Shown in pieces: positions 18,630 to 29,244 of a DNA stretch of 64,000 bases. The translations under genes were made by a program, and so were the position numbers. Within the stretch, counting starts at the first letter, position 1. The number at the start of each line of letters is the position of its first letter. The notes under the pieces are model-generated. The model did no database searches. It saw only the letters and a list, made by a program, of their open reading frames with translations, and was not told the DNA's origin. Source of the DNA: Escherichia coli (GTDB lineage Bacteria; Pseudomonadota; Gammaproteobacteria; Enterobacterales; Enterobacteriaceae); the NCBI RefSeq assembly GCF_030384885.1, contig NZ_CP128613.1. One strand, given 5' to 3'.

Positions 18630-20773
18630 TGGAAATGGCATCAGCTTTTACTCTTAATGTTCGTCTGGACAACATTGCAGTCATCACCATCGACGTTCCC
18701 GGTGAGAAAATGAATACCCTGAAGGCGGAGTTTGCCTCGCAGGTGCGCACCATTATTAAGCAACTTCGCGAAAACAAAGAATTACGTGGAGTTGTATTTA
18801 TCTCAGCGAAACCGGACAACTTTATCGCCGGAGCAGACATCAACATGATCGGCAACTGCAAAACGGCGCAAGAAGCGGAAGAGCTGGCGCGGCAGGGGCA
18901 ACAGTTAATGGCGGAGATTCATGCTCTGCCTGTTCCGGTTATCGCGGCTATTCATGGCGCTTGCCTGGGGGGCGGGCTGGAACTGGCACTGGCGTGTCAT
19001 GGCCGCGTCTGCAGTGACGATCCTAAAACGGTGCTTGGCTTGCCGGAAGTTCAGCTTGGATTATTGCCAGGTTCAGGCGGCACCCAGCGTTTACCGCGCC
19101 TGATAGGTGTCAGCACAGCATTAGAGATGATCCTCACTGGAAAACAACTTCGGGCGAAACAGGCATTAAAGCTGGGGCTGGTGGATGACGTCGTTCCGCA
19201 ATCCATTTTACTGGAATCCGCCGTTGAGTTGGCAAAGCATGATCGACTATCTTCCCGCCCGCTACCTGTACGCGAGCGCATTCTGGCGGGGCCGCTAGGT
19301 CGTGCACTGTTGTTCAAAATGGTCGGCAAGAAAACAGAGCAGAAAACTCAGGGGAACTATCCGGCGACAAAACGCATTCTTGAAGTCATCGAAACCGGAT
19401 TAGCGCAAGGCACCAGCAGCGGCTATGACGCGGAAGCCCGTGCCTTTGGTGAACTGGCGATGACACCACAATCGCAGGCTCTGCGTAGTATCTTTTTTGC
19501 CAGTACCGAAGTGAAGAAAGATCCGGGCAGTGATGCTCCGCCTGCGCCGTTAAATAGCGTAGGGATTTTAGGCGGTGGCTTGATGGGGGGCGGTATTGCT
19601 TATGTTACTGCTTGTAAAGCGGGCTTGCCGGTCAGAATTAAAGATATCAACCCGCAGGGCATAAATCATGCATTGAAGTACAGCTGGGATCAGTTGGAGG
19701 GCAAAGTGCGCCGCCGACATCTCAAAGCCAGCGAACGTGACAAACAGCTGGCATTAATTTCGGGAACAACGGATTATCGCGGCTTTGCCCATCGTGACTT
19801 AATTATTGAAGCAGTGTTTGAAAATCTCGAATTAAAACAAAAGATGGTGGCGGAAGTAGAGGGAAATTGCGCCACTCATACCATCTTCGCTTCGAATACG
19901 TCATCTTTACCAATTAGTGATATTGCCGCTCACGCCTCGCGGCCGGAGCAGGTTATCGGTCTTCATTTCTTCAGCCCGGTAGAAAAAATGCCGCTGGTGG
20001 AGATCATTCCCCATGCGGGGACATCGGCGCAAACCATCGCTACAACGGTAAAACTGGCGAAAAAACAGGGAAAAACGCCAATTGTTGTGCGTGACAAAGC
20101 CGGGTTTTATGTCAATCGCATTTTAGCGCCTTACATCAATGAAGCTATCCGCATGTTGACTGAAGGTGAACGGGTTGAGCATATCGATGCCGCACTGGTC
20201 AAGTTTGGTTTTCCGGTGGGACCAATCCAACTTTTGGATGAGGTAGGAATCGATACCGGGACTAAAATTATTCCTGTACTGGAAGCCGCTTATGGAGAAC
20301 GTTTTAGCGCGCCTGCAAATGTTGTTTCTTCAATTTTGAATGACGATCGCAAAGGCAGAAAAAATGGTCGGGGTTTCTATCTTTATGGGCCGAAAGGGCG
20401 TAAAAGCAAAAAACAGGTCGATCCTGCTATTTATCCGCTGATTGGCGCGCAAGGGCAGGGGCGACTCTCCGCACCGCAGGTTGCTGAACGGTGTGTGATG
20501 ATGATGCTGAATGAAGCTGTACGTTGTCTGGACGAGCAGGTTATCCGTAGCGTGCGTGACGGGGATATCGGCGCGGTATTTGGAATTGGGTTTCCGCCGT
20601 TTCTCGGTGGCCCATTTCGCTATATCGACGCTCTCGGTGCGGCAGAAGTGGTTGCAATAATGCAACGTCTGACCGCGCGGTACGGTTCTCGTTTTACCCC
20701 TTGCGATCGTTTAGTTGAGATGAGCGAGCGTGGGGAAAGTTTTTGGAAAACAACTGCAACTGACCTGCAATAA
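18629..20773 (+). CDS. fadJ: Fatty-acid oxidation complex alpha subunit FadJ (enoyl-CoA hydratase / 3-hydroxyacyl-CoA dehydrogenase)
   Basis: 714 aa from [11 protein letters not shown]; ATG overlaps fadI stop (TAATG); ORF-track start 18581 is an upstream extension. Confidence 0.95.
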
Positions 20774-20909
20774 GAAGGTCAAAGTTATATGAATCCGCGC
20801 TGAATGGCGGAGTGTTGGTCAAAATGTAAACGCATATTGACTATACTTACGCCATTGAGGTAAAAAACAGCGTTTCATTCGGTGAATGGATAAGGCACAA
20901 TGCCGGCCA

Positions 20910-20946
20910 CCGTCGTGTTTCTCTGGTTTCAGATGAAACACGACGG
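20910..20946. other. Perfect 12-bp-stem hairpin (CCGTCGTGTTTC / GAAACACGACGG, 13-nt loop) about 30 bp upstream of sixA
   Basis: Seen directly; no U-run; function unknown (5'-UTR structure or protein site). Confidence 0.4.
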
Positions 20947-20975
20947 GCGAATCTGGTTAACAAAAGCGGTGCAAT

Positions 20976-21461
20976 ATGCAAGTTTTTATCATGCGTCACG
21001 GCGACGCAGCCCTCGATGCCGCCAGTGATTCGGTTCGTCCTCTGACCACTAATGGTTGTGACGAATCTCGCCTGATGGCGAACTGGCTGAAAGGTCAAAA
21101 AGTGGAAATCGAACGTGTTCTGGTGAGCCCGTTCCTGCGAGCCGAGCAAACACTGGAAGAAGTGGCGGATTGTATGGACCTGCCTTCCAGTGTAGAAGTT
21201 CTGCCTGAGCTAACGCCCTGTGGCGATGTTGGTCTGGTCAGTGCGTATCTCCAGGCACTGACCAACGAAGGTGTCGAGTCGGTACTGGTTATCTCCCACT
21301 TACCATTAGTCGGGTATCTGGTTGCCGAGTTATGTCCGGGCGAAACGCCGCCTATGTTTACCACTTCAGCGATTGCCAGCGTAACACTTGATCAAAGTGG
21401 AAACGGCCAATTCAACTGGCAGATGAGCCCGTGTAATCTGAAGATGGCAAAAGCAATTTAA
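20976..21461 (+). CDS. sixA: Phosphohistidine phosphatase SixA
   Basis: 161 aa, RHG motif at N-terminus. Confidence 0.93.
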   Translation: MQVFIMRHGDAALDAASDSVRPLTTNGCDESRLMANWLKGQKVEIERVLVSPFLRAEQTLEEVADCMDLPSSVEVLPELTPCGDVGLVSAYLQALTNEGVESVLVISHLPLVGYLVAELCPGETPPMFTTSAIASVTLDQSGNGQFNWQMSPCNLKMAKAI

Positions 21462-21470
21462 AAGCTCATA

Positions 21471-21508
21471 TGCCCGGTTGCGTACGCGTATACCGGGCAA
21501 ATTTTTTC
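21471..21508 (+). terminator. Rho-independent terminator after sixA
   Basis: GCCCGGT..ACCGGGC stem followed by AAATTTTTTC. Confidence 0.6.
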
Positions 21509-22006
21509 TGTCCTAATTGTGATCATATTTTACATATCACGAATTTTATTATCTTTCTTGTTATTGAAACTGGTAATAACACAGTGGAATAATGGTTTTG
21601 TATCTTGAATATAAATTAATTAATTTAATCAAGAATGAATCTTAGCAATAAATAATGCAAAATCATTATAAATTCTTTTAGTGGTTTTTATATCCAATTC
21701 ATTCATATCGGTTATGAAGTTTTTCTTTTTTTTGATGGCGCGCATGTATTTTTATTGAAAATCGAGAGAGATATTCTGGTTGTGTATTGATTAATTAAAT
21801 CTACATAAAGTCTTTAAGTATTACTACATTGCTTATTTTTAAAGATAAGACCAACATAACGACACACCAGAGAATATCTGTTTACATTCTATGATTATTT
21901 GGGACATATGATGTTCAATGGTTAACTAAAAGTGTCAGACATAATATATACAATAATATTATGTCAGTTGCTTGTATTATACATTTTAATGATTTAAGGA
22001 CAAATA

Positions 22007-22567
22007 ATGAGTAAGTTTGCCAAAACAGCCATTGCTGCCGCAATGGTGATGGGCGCAGTTGTCTCCACGTCAGCATTTGCTGCAGGCAACAACGGTACTG
22101 CACGTTTCTATGGCACCATTGAAGACTCTCCGTGCTCTATCGTTCCAGACGATCACAAACTGGAAGTGGATTTAGGCAACATTGGTGCAGAAGCACTCAA
22201 AAACAACGGGACTACCACGCCGAAAGACTTTCAGATTCGTTTACAGGACTGCGTATTTGATACCCAAACGAACATGGAAACGACATTCACCGGTAACGTT
22301 TCTACGGGAAACGAGAATTACTACACCATTTTTAATACCGATACAGGTGCTGCGTTTAACAATGTAAGCCTGGCGATTGGTGATAAGCAAGGTACTTCCT
22401 ATAAAAGCGGTGCTGGTATTAAACAGCCGATCGTAAATGACTCAGTAACCAATAAAGGCAAACCTAAACAGACGCTGAACTTCAAAGCCTGGTTAGTTGG
22501 TGCGGCTGGTACGCCTGACCTGGGTGGTTTTGAAGCAAATACCACCTTCCAGATTACCTATCTCTAA
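22007..22567 (+). CDS. yfcV: Fimbrial major subunit (Yfc chaperone-usher fimbriae)
   Basis: 186 aa, signal peptide, fimbrial-subunit C-terminal beta-strand ..TFQITYL. Confidence 0.85.
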   Translation: MSKFAKTAIAAAMVMGAVVSTSAFAAGNNGTARFYGTIEDSPCSIVPDDHKLEVDLGNIGAEALKNNGTTTPKDFQIRLQDCVFDTQTNMETTFTGNVSTGNENYYTIFNTDTGAAFNNVSLAIGDKQGTSYKSGAGIKQPIVNDSVTNKGKPKQTLNFKAWLVGAAGTPDLGGFEANTTFQITYL

Positions 22568-22576
22568 GGTAATTCA

Positions 22577-22607
22577 CCCCCATAGCATCTCGCTATGGGG
22601 GATTTTG
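22577..22607 (+). terminator. Hairpin plus U-tract after major subunit gene (intra-operon attenuator typical of fimbrial operons)
   Basis: CCCCCATAGC-ATCTC-GCTATGGGGG followed by ATTTTGG. Confidence 0.55.
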
Positions 22608-22639
22608 GCGAGTTTTTGGACTTATTATAATAATCACGG

Positions 22640-25288
22640 ATGAATACGTGTATGCCTGACCATTCCCTTTTCCGCTTACGGGCGCTTCCCTGGTGCGTTG
22701 CCGTGGTCATCTCTGGATGCCATATCAATGCCTGGGCTGATGAAGATATTCAGTTTGATTCCCGTTTTCTGGAATTAAAAGGCGACACGAAAATCGATTT
22801 GAAGCGATTTTCAAGCCAGGGTTATGTTGAACCGGGTAAATACAGTTTACAGGTTGAGGTCAATAAACAGCCGTTACCCGGTGAATATGATATTTACTGG
22901 TATGCTGCAGAAAATGATGCCAATAAGACTTACGCCTGCCTGTCGCCAGACCTGGTGGCACTGCTTGGTTTCAAAGAAGACATTGCGAAAAATTTGCAAT
23001 GGGTTCACGACGGTAAATGCCTTAAGCCAGGCCAATTTGACGGTCTGGAAATGCGTGTTGATTTAAGCCAGTCCGCGCTCCTTATCAGCTTGCCGCAGGC
23101 TTATCTTGAATACAGCGATGTCGACTGGGACCCTCCCTCGCGCTGGGATGATGGCATCTCAGGTTTAATTGCCGATTACAGCATCAACGCCCAAACCCGA
23201 CACGAAGAAAATGGCGGTGATGACAGCAACGATATCAGCGGCAACGGTACGGTTGGCGTTAACCTCGGGCCGTGGCGCTTGCGAGCCGACTGGCAGAGCG
23301 ATTATCAGCATACCCGCAGTAATGATGAAGAGACGGAAGACAGCACCGAAAGAAACTGGGACTGGAGCCGTTACTACGCCTGGCGCGCGTTACCGAGTCT
23401 GAAAGCCAAACTGGCACTCGGTGAAGATTACCTCGATTCCGATATTTTCGATGGCTTTAACTACATCGGCGGTAGTATCAGTACTGACGATCAAATGCTG
23501 CCGCCGAACCTGCGCGGCTATGCTCCGGATATTTCCGGCGTGGCCCATACGGCGGCGAAAGTCACCGTTAGCCAGGCCGGGCGCGTAATCTATGAAACCC
23601 AGGTGCCAGCCGGGCCATTCCGTATCCAGGATCTTGCCGATTTTAGCTCTGGTACGCTGCATGTGCGCATTGAAGAGGTGAACGGTCAGGTGCAGGAGTA
23701 TGACATCAGCACTGCCTCCATGCCGTTCCTGACTCGCCCGGGCCAGGTGCGCTACAAAATTATGATGGGGCGACCACAGGAGTGGGGGCACCATGTGCAA
23801 GGCGGGTTCTTTTCCGGTGGCGAAGCGTCCTGGGGGATAGCAAACGGCTGGTCACTGTATGGCGGGGCGCTTGGCGATGAAAATTACCAGTCAGCCGCGC
23901 TTGGGATTGGTCGCGATCTTTCCGTTTTCGGTGCGATGGCCTTTGATATCACCCACTCGCATACCCGACTTGACGATTCGACCGCTTACGGAAAAAGCAC
24001 GCTCGACGGTAACTCTTTCAGAGTCAGTTACTCCAAAGATTTTGATGAACTCAACAGCCGCGTCACCTTCGCCGGATACCGCTTCTCGGAAGAGAACTAT
24101 ATGACCATGAGCGAGTATCTGGACGCAAATGACAGCGCAATGGTTCGCTCTGGCAATGATAAAGAGATGTACACCGCCACCTATAACCAGAACTTCAGGG
24201 ATGCCGGTGTTTCTGTTTACCTGAACTATACGCGCCACACCTATTGGGATCGTGAGGAACAGACCAACTACAACGTAATGCTCTCCCACTATTTCAATAT
24301 GGGCGGCATTCGGAACATGAGTATCTCTCTGACCGGTTATCGCTACGAGTATGACGATAGCGCTGACAAAGGCGTCTACATCTCCTTAAGTATGCCGTGG
24401 GGCGATAGCAGCGTTGTGAGTTACAACGGCAACTACGGCAGCGGTTCAGACAGCAGCCAGGTAGGGTATTTCAGTCGTATCGATGACGCCAGTCATTATC
24501 AGATAAACGTGGGCAACAGTGAAAATCACTCCAGCGTGGATGGTTATTACAGCCGTGACGGTTCAATGGCCCATGTGGATCTCAATGCCAACTACCATGA
24601 AGGGCAGTACACCTCTGCCGGGTTGTCGCTACAGGGCGGCGCTACGCTCACGGCTCACGGTGGCGCGTTGCACCGTACTCAAAATATGGGCGGTACGCGA
24701 TTACTGATTGACGCTGACGGTGTCGCGGACGTACCGGTCGAAGGAAATGGTGCAGCGGTTTACACCAATATGTTTGGTAAAGCCGTCGTTGCCGACGTCA
24801 ATAACTACTACCGTAACCAGGCCACGATTGACCTGACCAGACTGCCAGAAGACGCCGAAGCCACGCAGTCAGTGGTGCAGGCGACGCTTACCGAAGGCGC
24901 CATTGGCTACCGTCAATTTGCGGTCATCAGTGGGCAAAAGGCGATGGCTGTCCTGCGCATGAGTGATGGCAGTTACCCGCCATTTGGTGCGGAAGTGAGA
25001 AACGAACATGACCAGCAGGTCGGCCTGGTTGATGATGACGGCAACGTCTATCTGGCTGGAGTAAAAGCGGGCGAACACATGCGTGTCTCATGGAATGGCG
25101 AACCCCACTGTGAGATTTCACTGCCAGACCCGCTGCCCGCCGACCTGTTCAACGGCCTGTTACTGCCGTGCAAGCAACAAGGCGCGGTGATGCCTGCGGC
25201 TCCGTCAGACATTAAACCGATGATTCAGGAACAGACGCAGCAGGTCACACCTGGCGCGGAACCCATGGCTATTTCAGCAAACCAATAA
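22640..25288 (+). CDS. yfcU: Fimbrial outer-membrane usher (YfcU-like), apparently intact
   Basis: Single uninterrupted 882-aa ORF with usher-family features. Confidence 0.9.
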   Translation: MNTCMPDHSLFRLRALPWCVAVVISGCHINAWADEDIQFDSRFLELKGDTKIDLKRFSSQGYVEPGKYSLQVEVNKQPLPGEYDIYWYAAENDANKTYACLSPDLVALLGFKEDIAKNLQWVHDGKCLKPGQFDGLEMRVDLSQSALLISLPQAYLEYSDVDWDPPSRWDDGISGLIADYSINAQTRHEENGGDDSNDISGNGTVGVNLGPWRLRADWQSDYQHTRSNDEETEDSTERNWDWSRYYAWRALPSLKAKLALGEDYLDSDIFDGFNYIGGSISTDDQMLPPNLRGYAPDISGVAHTAAKVTVSQAGRVIYETQVPAGPFRIQDLADFSSGTLHVRIEEVNGQVQEYDISTASMPFLTRPGQVRYKIMMGRPQEWGHHVQGGFFSGGEASWGIANGWSLYGGALGDENYQSAALGIGRDLSVFGAMAFDITHSHTRLDDSTAYGKSTLDGNSFRVSYSKDFDELNSRVTFAGYRFSEENYMTMSEYLDANDSAMVRSGNDKEMYTATYNQNFRDAGVSVYLNYTRHTYWDREEQTNYNVMLSHYFNMGGIRNMSISLTGYRYEYDDSADKGVYISLSMPWGDSSVVSYNGNYGSGSDSSQVGYFSRIDDASHYQINVGNSENHSSVDGYYSRDGSMAHVDLNANYHEGQYTSAGLSLQGGATLTAHGGALHRTQNMGGTRLLIDADGVADVPVEGNGAAVYTNMFGKAVVADVNNYYRNQATIDLTRLPEDAEATQSVVQATLTEGAIGYRQFAVISGQKAMAVLRMSDGSYPPFGAEVRNEHDQQVGLVDDDGNVYLAGVKAGEHMRVSWNGEPHCEISLPDPLPADLFNGLLLPCKQQGAVMPAAPSDIKPMIQEQTQQVTPGAEPMAISANQ

Positions 25289-25307
25289 CGTGATTAAGGA
25301 TTGATCC

Positions 25308-26060
25308 ATGTATACATTGACTCGCTCTGCAACACGCGCTGCCCCTGCGTTGGCGCTGCTGGTGGCGGCCACCAGTTTTACCACCCACGCATCGGTGACG
25401 CCCGACCGTACACGCCTGGTCTTCAATGAAGGCGACAAATCTATTAGCGTCACGTTGCGCAATAACGACCCGAAGCAGCCCTACCTGGCACAAAGCTGGA
25501 TGGAGGACGAAAAGGGCAACAAAATCAGCTCGCCACTTACGGTACTGCCGCCGGTACAGCGTATTGATGCGATGATGAATGGGCAGGTAAAAGTCCAGGG
25601 AATGCCGGATATCAACAAGTTACCCGCCGATCGTGAGAGTATGTTCTACTTTAACGTGCGTGAAATCCCGCCAAAATCGAACAAACCTAATACGCTGCAA
25701 ATTGCCCTGCAAACGCGTATCAAATTGTTCTGGCGACCAAAGGCACTGGCAAAAATTGACATGAGGGAGCCGTGGCAGCACAAGGTGACCTTAACCCGCA
25801 ATGGCCAGGCGTTCACCGTCAATAACCCCACGCCCTATTACGTGATTATCAGCAATGCCAGCACGCAGAAAAATGGTAATCCGGCAGCCGGGTTTACGCC
25901 GCTGGTCATGCCGCCGAAATCGTCCGCACCGTTGAATGTGAAGATGGACACTGTGCCGGTGCTGACTTACGTCAACGACTACGGCGCGCGATTGTCGCTG
26001 AACTTTAAATGCACTGGCAATAATTGCCAGGTGGATGCAGAGCAAAGCCGCAAAGGCTGA
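25308..26060 (+). CDS. yfcS: Periplasmic fimbrial chaperone (PapD-like)
   Basis: 250 aa with signal peptide and chaperone fold motifs. Confidence 0.9.
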   Translation: MYTLTRSATRAAPALALLVAATSFTTHASVTPDRTRLVFNEGDKSISVTLRNNDPKQPYLAQSWMEDEKGNKISSPLTVLPPVQRIDAMMNGQVKVQGMPDINKLPADRESMFYFNVREIPPKSNKPNTLQIALQTRIKLFWRPKALAKIDMREPWQHKVTLTRNGQAFTVNNPTPYYVIISNASTQKNGNPAAGFTPLVMPPKSSAPLNVKMDTVPVLTYVNDYGARLSLNFKCTGNNCQVDAEQSRKG

Positions 26061-26075
26061 TGCCGGGAGAGTCTT

Positions 26076-26591
26076 ATGAAATACACGTTTCTGGTGGGAA
26101 CGGGCATTTTTCTCCTGAGCGGCTGGCTGATGGGGAACCTTGCTGTGGCAGCGGAAAGTAAACCGGTGTTATTGACGTTGCGCGTTCTGGTGGATGGGCC
26201 GCCGCCCTGTTCCGTAAAGGGGAGCAATGTGCAATTTGGCGAAGTCTACATTAGCAAAATCAATGGCACGAATTACCGCACCACGCAGCCGCTTTATACC
26301 CTGAACTGTAGTAGCAGGGCTTCAGGTGTTGATGATCTGCGGATGCAGCTTAAAGGCACCACTACCGTGATTAACGGGGAAACTGTTATTGCGACCGAAA
26401 TACCCGGCCTGGGCATTCGCATTGAAAATGGTGCCGATAACTCTCTGTTCAGAGTGGGTGAAGGTAACTGGTCTGATTTTAATGTTAACCAGTTGCCCAA
26501 CCTCACAGCGGTGCCGGTAAAACAGAGCGGAGTGCAGCTTACGCCAGCGGAATTTAACGCCAGTATGACGATGGTGGTGGATTACCAATGA
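26076..26591 (+). CDS. yfcR: Fimbrial minor subunit
   Basis: 171 aa, signal peptide, C-terminal ..MTMVVDYQ donor-strand-type motif. Confidence 0.8.
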   Translation: MKYTFLVGTGIFLLSGWLMGNLAVAAESKPVLLTLRVLVDGPPPCSVKGSNVQFGEVYISKINGTNYRTTQPLYTLNCSSRASGVDDLRMQLKGTTTVINGETVIATEIPGLGIRIENGADNSLFRVGEGNWSDFNVNQLPNLTAVPVKQSGVQLTPAEFNASMTMVVDYQ

Positions 26592-27076
26592 AAAAACGCT
26601 TGTTACTTTTACTCTGCACCTGCGGTGGCGTTGCGCTGGCGGCTGACGATGACATCACCTTCCACGGTACGCTGGTGGCACCGCCTGCCTGTGCTATCAG
26701 CGATGGAAAGACCCTCGAAGTGGAATTTCGCGATCTCATCATCGACAGTATCAACGGAGACTATGGCCGCAAGGAAGTGGAATATAGTCTGAGCTGTGAC
26801 TCTGACACGCGCGATCCCGAGTGGGTTATGACACTCACCTGGACGGGTACGCAGACCGCCTACAATGACTCGGCTATCGAAACAGACGTTCCCGGCTTTG
26901 GTATTGAACTTCAGCACGATGGTCAGCCTTTTAAGCTGAATACTCCGCTTACTATTAACGCCACCGATTTTACCCAAAAGCCGAAGCTGGAAGCCGTGCC
27001 AGTGAAGTCAGCCGATGCGGTGCTGAGTGATACCACGTTTTCAGCCTATGCAACATTGCGGGTGGATTATCAATGA
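26588..27076 (+). CDS. yfcQ: Fimbrial minor subunit
   Basis: 162 aa, C-terminal ..ATLRVDYQ; start overlaps yfcR stop. Confidence 0.8.
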   Translation: MKKRLLLLLCTCGGVALAADDDITFHGTLVAPPACAISDGKTLEVEFRDLIIDSINGDYGRKEVEYSLSCDSDTRDPEWVMTLTWTGTQTAYNDSAIETDVPGFGIELQHDGQPFKLNTPLTINATDFTQKPKLEAVPVKSADAVLSDTTFSAYATLRVDYQ

Positions 27077-27612
27077 AGACAGAACGTATTTATTCGCTCG
27101 GCTATGGGCTGTTAGCGGGCCTGTTGTTGATCGGCAGCACGCGTGCCCTGGCCGTGGACAACAACCTGCATTTTTACGGCAATTTAATTAGCCGCTCTTG
27201 TACGCTGGTGGTTGATAGCGGAAATCTGGCCGAAGTCCATTTTCCAACTATCAGTCGTCGGGATCTTATGGCTGCGGGGGAGTCTGCGCACGTCCCGGTG
27301 GTGTTTAAGCTGAAAGATTGTAAGGGACCTGCGAGTTATCAGGTCCAGGTGACCCTTACCGGTACGGAAGACAGTGAACAGCCCGGTTTCCTGGCGCTGG
27401 ATACCACATCAACCGCGCAGGGCGTGGGGATTGGGATGGAAACGACTGACGGTGTACGGGTGGCAATTAACGACCCAACCGGGGCGAAATTCACGCTTAG
27501 CGATGGCAGTAATGACATTAATTTCAGGGCCTGGTTACAGGCGAAAAGCGGTCGGGAAGTGACGATGGGCGATTTTACCGCCAACCTGACGGCGACCTTC
27601 GAGTATATCTAA
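27073..27612 (+). CDS. yfcP: Fimbrial minor subunit
   Basis: 179 aa, C-terminal ..ATFEYI; start overlaps yfcQ stop. Confidence 0.8.
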   Translation: MKTERIYSLGYGLLAGLLLIGSTRALAVDNNLHFYGNLISRSCTLVVDSGNLAEVHFPTISRRDLMAAGESAHVPVVFKLKDCKGPASYQVQVTLTGTEDSEQPGFLALDTTSTAQGVGIGMETTDGVRVAINDPTGAKFTLSDGSNDINFRAWLQAKSGREVTMGDFTANLTATFEYI

Positions 27613-27613
27613 T

Positions 27614-28474
27614 ATGAAAAAAATACGATTTCTGCTTTGCGTCATGCTGGCGCTGTGCTTTAGCCAGGGAGCCCAGGCGAAACTGGGGACAACCTATAAT
27701 AACGTGTACATCTATTATGGGAGTGTTACAGGTTTCGCAAAAATTGACTTCTTCCTTGATTTGTTGACGACTAATGGGGTTTATCATGGGGAGTATTATC
27801 AGAATATACCGCTTGGCGTTGAGGTAGGAAATCTCCCTAATCAGTCATGGACCGGACCTGGAAACATACCCGCACCCAAAATCACTGTCCTTACAGGCGA
27901 TTATACCGATTTGTATAAGTGCCCGGGGGTTCTCAATATTGATCCAGATACCAACTGGAGTTGCTCATATTTAAAACTATCCATAGAGGTTGACGGCTCG
28001 GCAGAGACGTGTCCGTGGATGGTGGGTTTTACGGCAAACAGTAGTGTAAATTTTTATCTTTTACATAAGGTGGAATACTACAGGGGGCCGACAAGCTATA
28101 CAACAGTGTGTCCGGGTGAGCCATTAACAAACTATGATATCTCCTGGAGTGACAGCCGGGTTGAACACAGTCAAATTTTGAATCTGCAATCGACAGGTTC
28201 AGTCATTGAAAAAAACTTATCTACCTATCTGATGAAAGATGGTCAGCTTTGTGATGGCAGTAAAATAGATGAGCGCGGTGCGTATTGCCGCTTTGTCAGT
28301 CAGCAAATCACGTTTACGGCTGAAGGGTGCGATGACGCCAGAGTAACAGTCGCGCCAACGCAGCACCCTATTACCGACCGGCAACTGCACGATATGTTGG
28401 TGCGTGTTGATACCAGTAACAGGCAGGCAATAGACTCCACGTGTCGCTTTCAGTATGTATTGAATATGTTGTAG
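27614..28474 (+). CDS. yfcO: Putative fimbrial tip protein / adhesin-like secreted protein YfcO
   Basis: 286 aa with signal peptide, Cys-rich; last gene of operon. Confidence 0.75.
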   Translation: MKKIRFLLCVMLALCFSQGAQAKLGTTYNNVYIYYGSVTGFAKIDFFLDLLTTNGVYHGEYYQNIPLGVEVGNLPNQSWTGPGNIPAPKITVLTGDYTDLYKCPGVLNIDPDTNWSCSYLKLSIEVDGSAETCPWMVGFTANSSVNFYLLHKVEYYRGPTSYTTVCPGEPLTNYDISWSDSRVEHSQILNLQSTGSVIEKNLSTYLMKDGQLCDGSKIDERGAYCRFVSQQITFTAEGCDDARVTVAPTQHPITDRQLHDMLVRVDTSNRQAIDSTCRFQYVLNML

Positions 28475-28528
28475 CATTATTTCACCGACCAGTTAGCTGG
28501 TCGGTGAAAGTGCATGTTGATAATGATG

Positions 28529-29080
28529 TCAGGGCAACTCAGGCGGCAACCACTCTTCCACTTCAATCAACACTAATAAAGCTGCATCACCGCCGTACTC
28601 TTTCGGTGCCTGGTGAAACGCCATCACATGGGGATGTTGCGCCAGCCACAGCGGCGTTTGCTGCTTCAAAATATGCTTACCATGACCATGCATCACGCAG
28701 GCGCAAAACACATGTTCACGACGGCAGGCGGCAATCAGAGCCCCAAGTTCCTGCTTAGCTTGCAATTGCGTCAAACCGTGTAAATCCAAAAACAATTCCG
28801 GCGAATAATCGCCGCGGCGCAGTTTCTTCGCTTCAAAATGGCTTACATCCGGACGGACATATTTCACCGGACCTTCGGTATTCAATAACGGTTGAAACTC
28901 ATCGGAGAAATAATGGCTGGCATCGGCCTGTTCCTGAATTAACCGCTTGACCGGTACTTCGCTAATTTTTTTACGCAGCGGCCGATGGACAATGGTGTCC
29001 TGCTTTATCTGGCGGGTTCCCGCCATCAACTGGCGAAAAAGCGCCTGGTCCTCCTCGCTAAGTGATGATTTCTTTTTCAT
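28529..29080 (-). CDS. smrB: Smr-domain ribosome-rescue endonuclease SmrB (YfcN)
   Basis: 183 aa, Smr domain region ..LDLHGLT.. Confidence 0.9.
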   Translation of the reverse strand: MKKKSSLSEEDQALFRQLMAGTRQIKQDTIVHRPLRKKISEVPVKRLIQEQADASHYFSDEFQPLLNTEGPVKYVRPDVSHFEAKKLRRGDYSPELFLDLHGLTQLQAKQELGALIAACRREHVFCACVMHGHGKHILKQQTPLWLAQHPHVMAFHQAPKEYGGDAALLVLIEVEEWLPPELP

Positions 29081-29244
29081 TTACATCTCTCATTTCTAAT
29101 TTTCCTACAGTTTACCCGACTCGTCGTCTAATCGATCGTTTTAAACGTATTTTTCCTCACTCACCGCGCGTGAATGCTGATTTATCGTCATCTTCATGGC
29201 AAACTAGCCGCCGAAATTAATGCGACCATGCCCTGGAGGAATAC

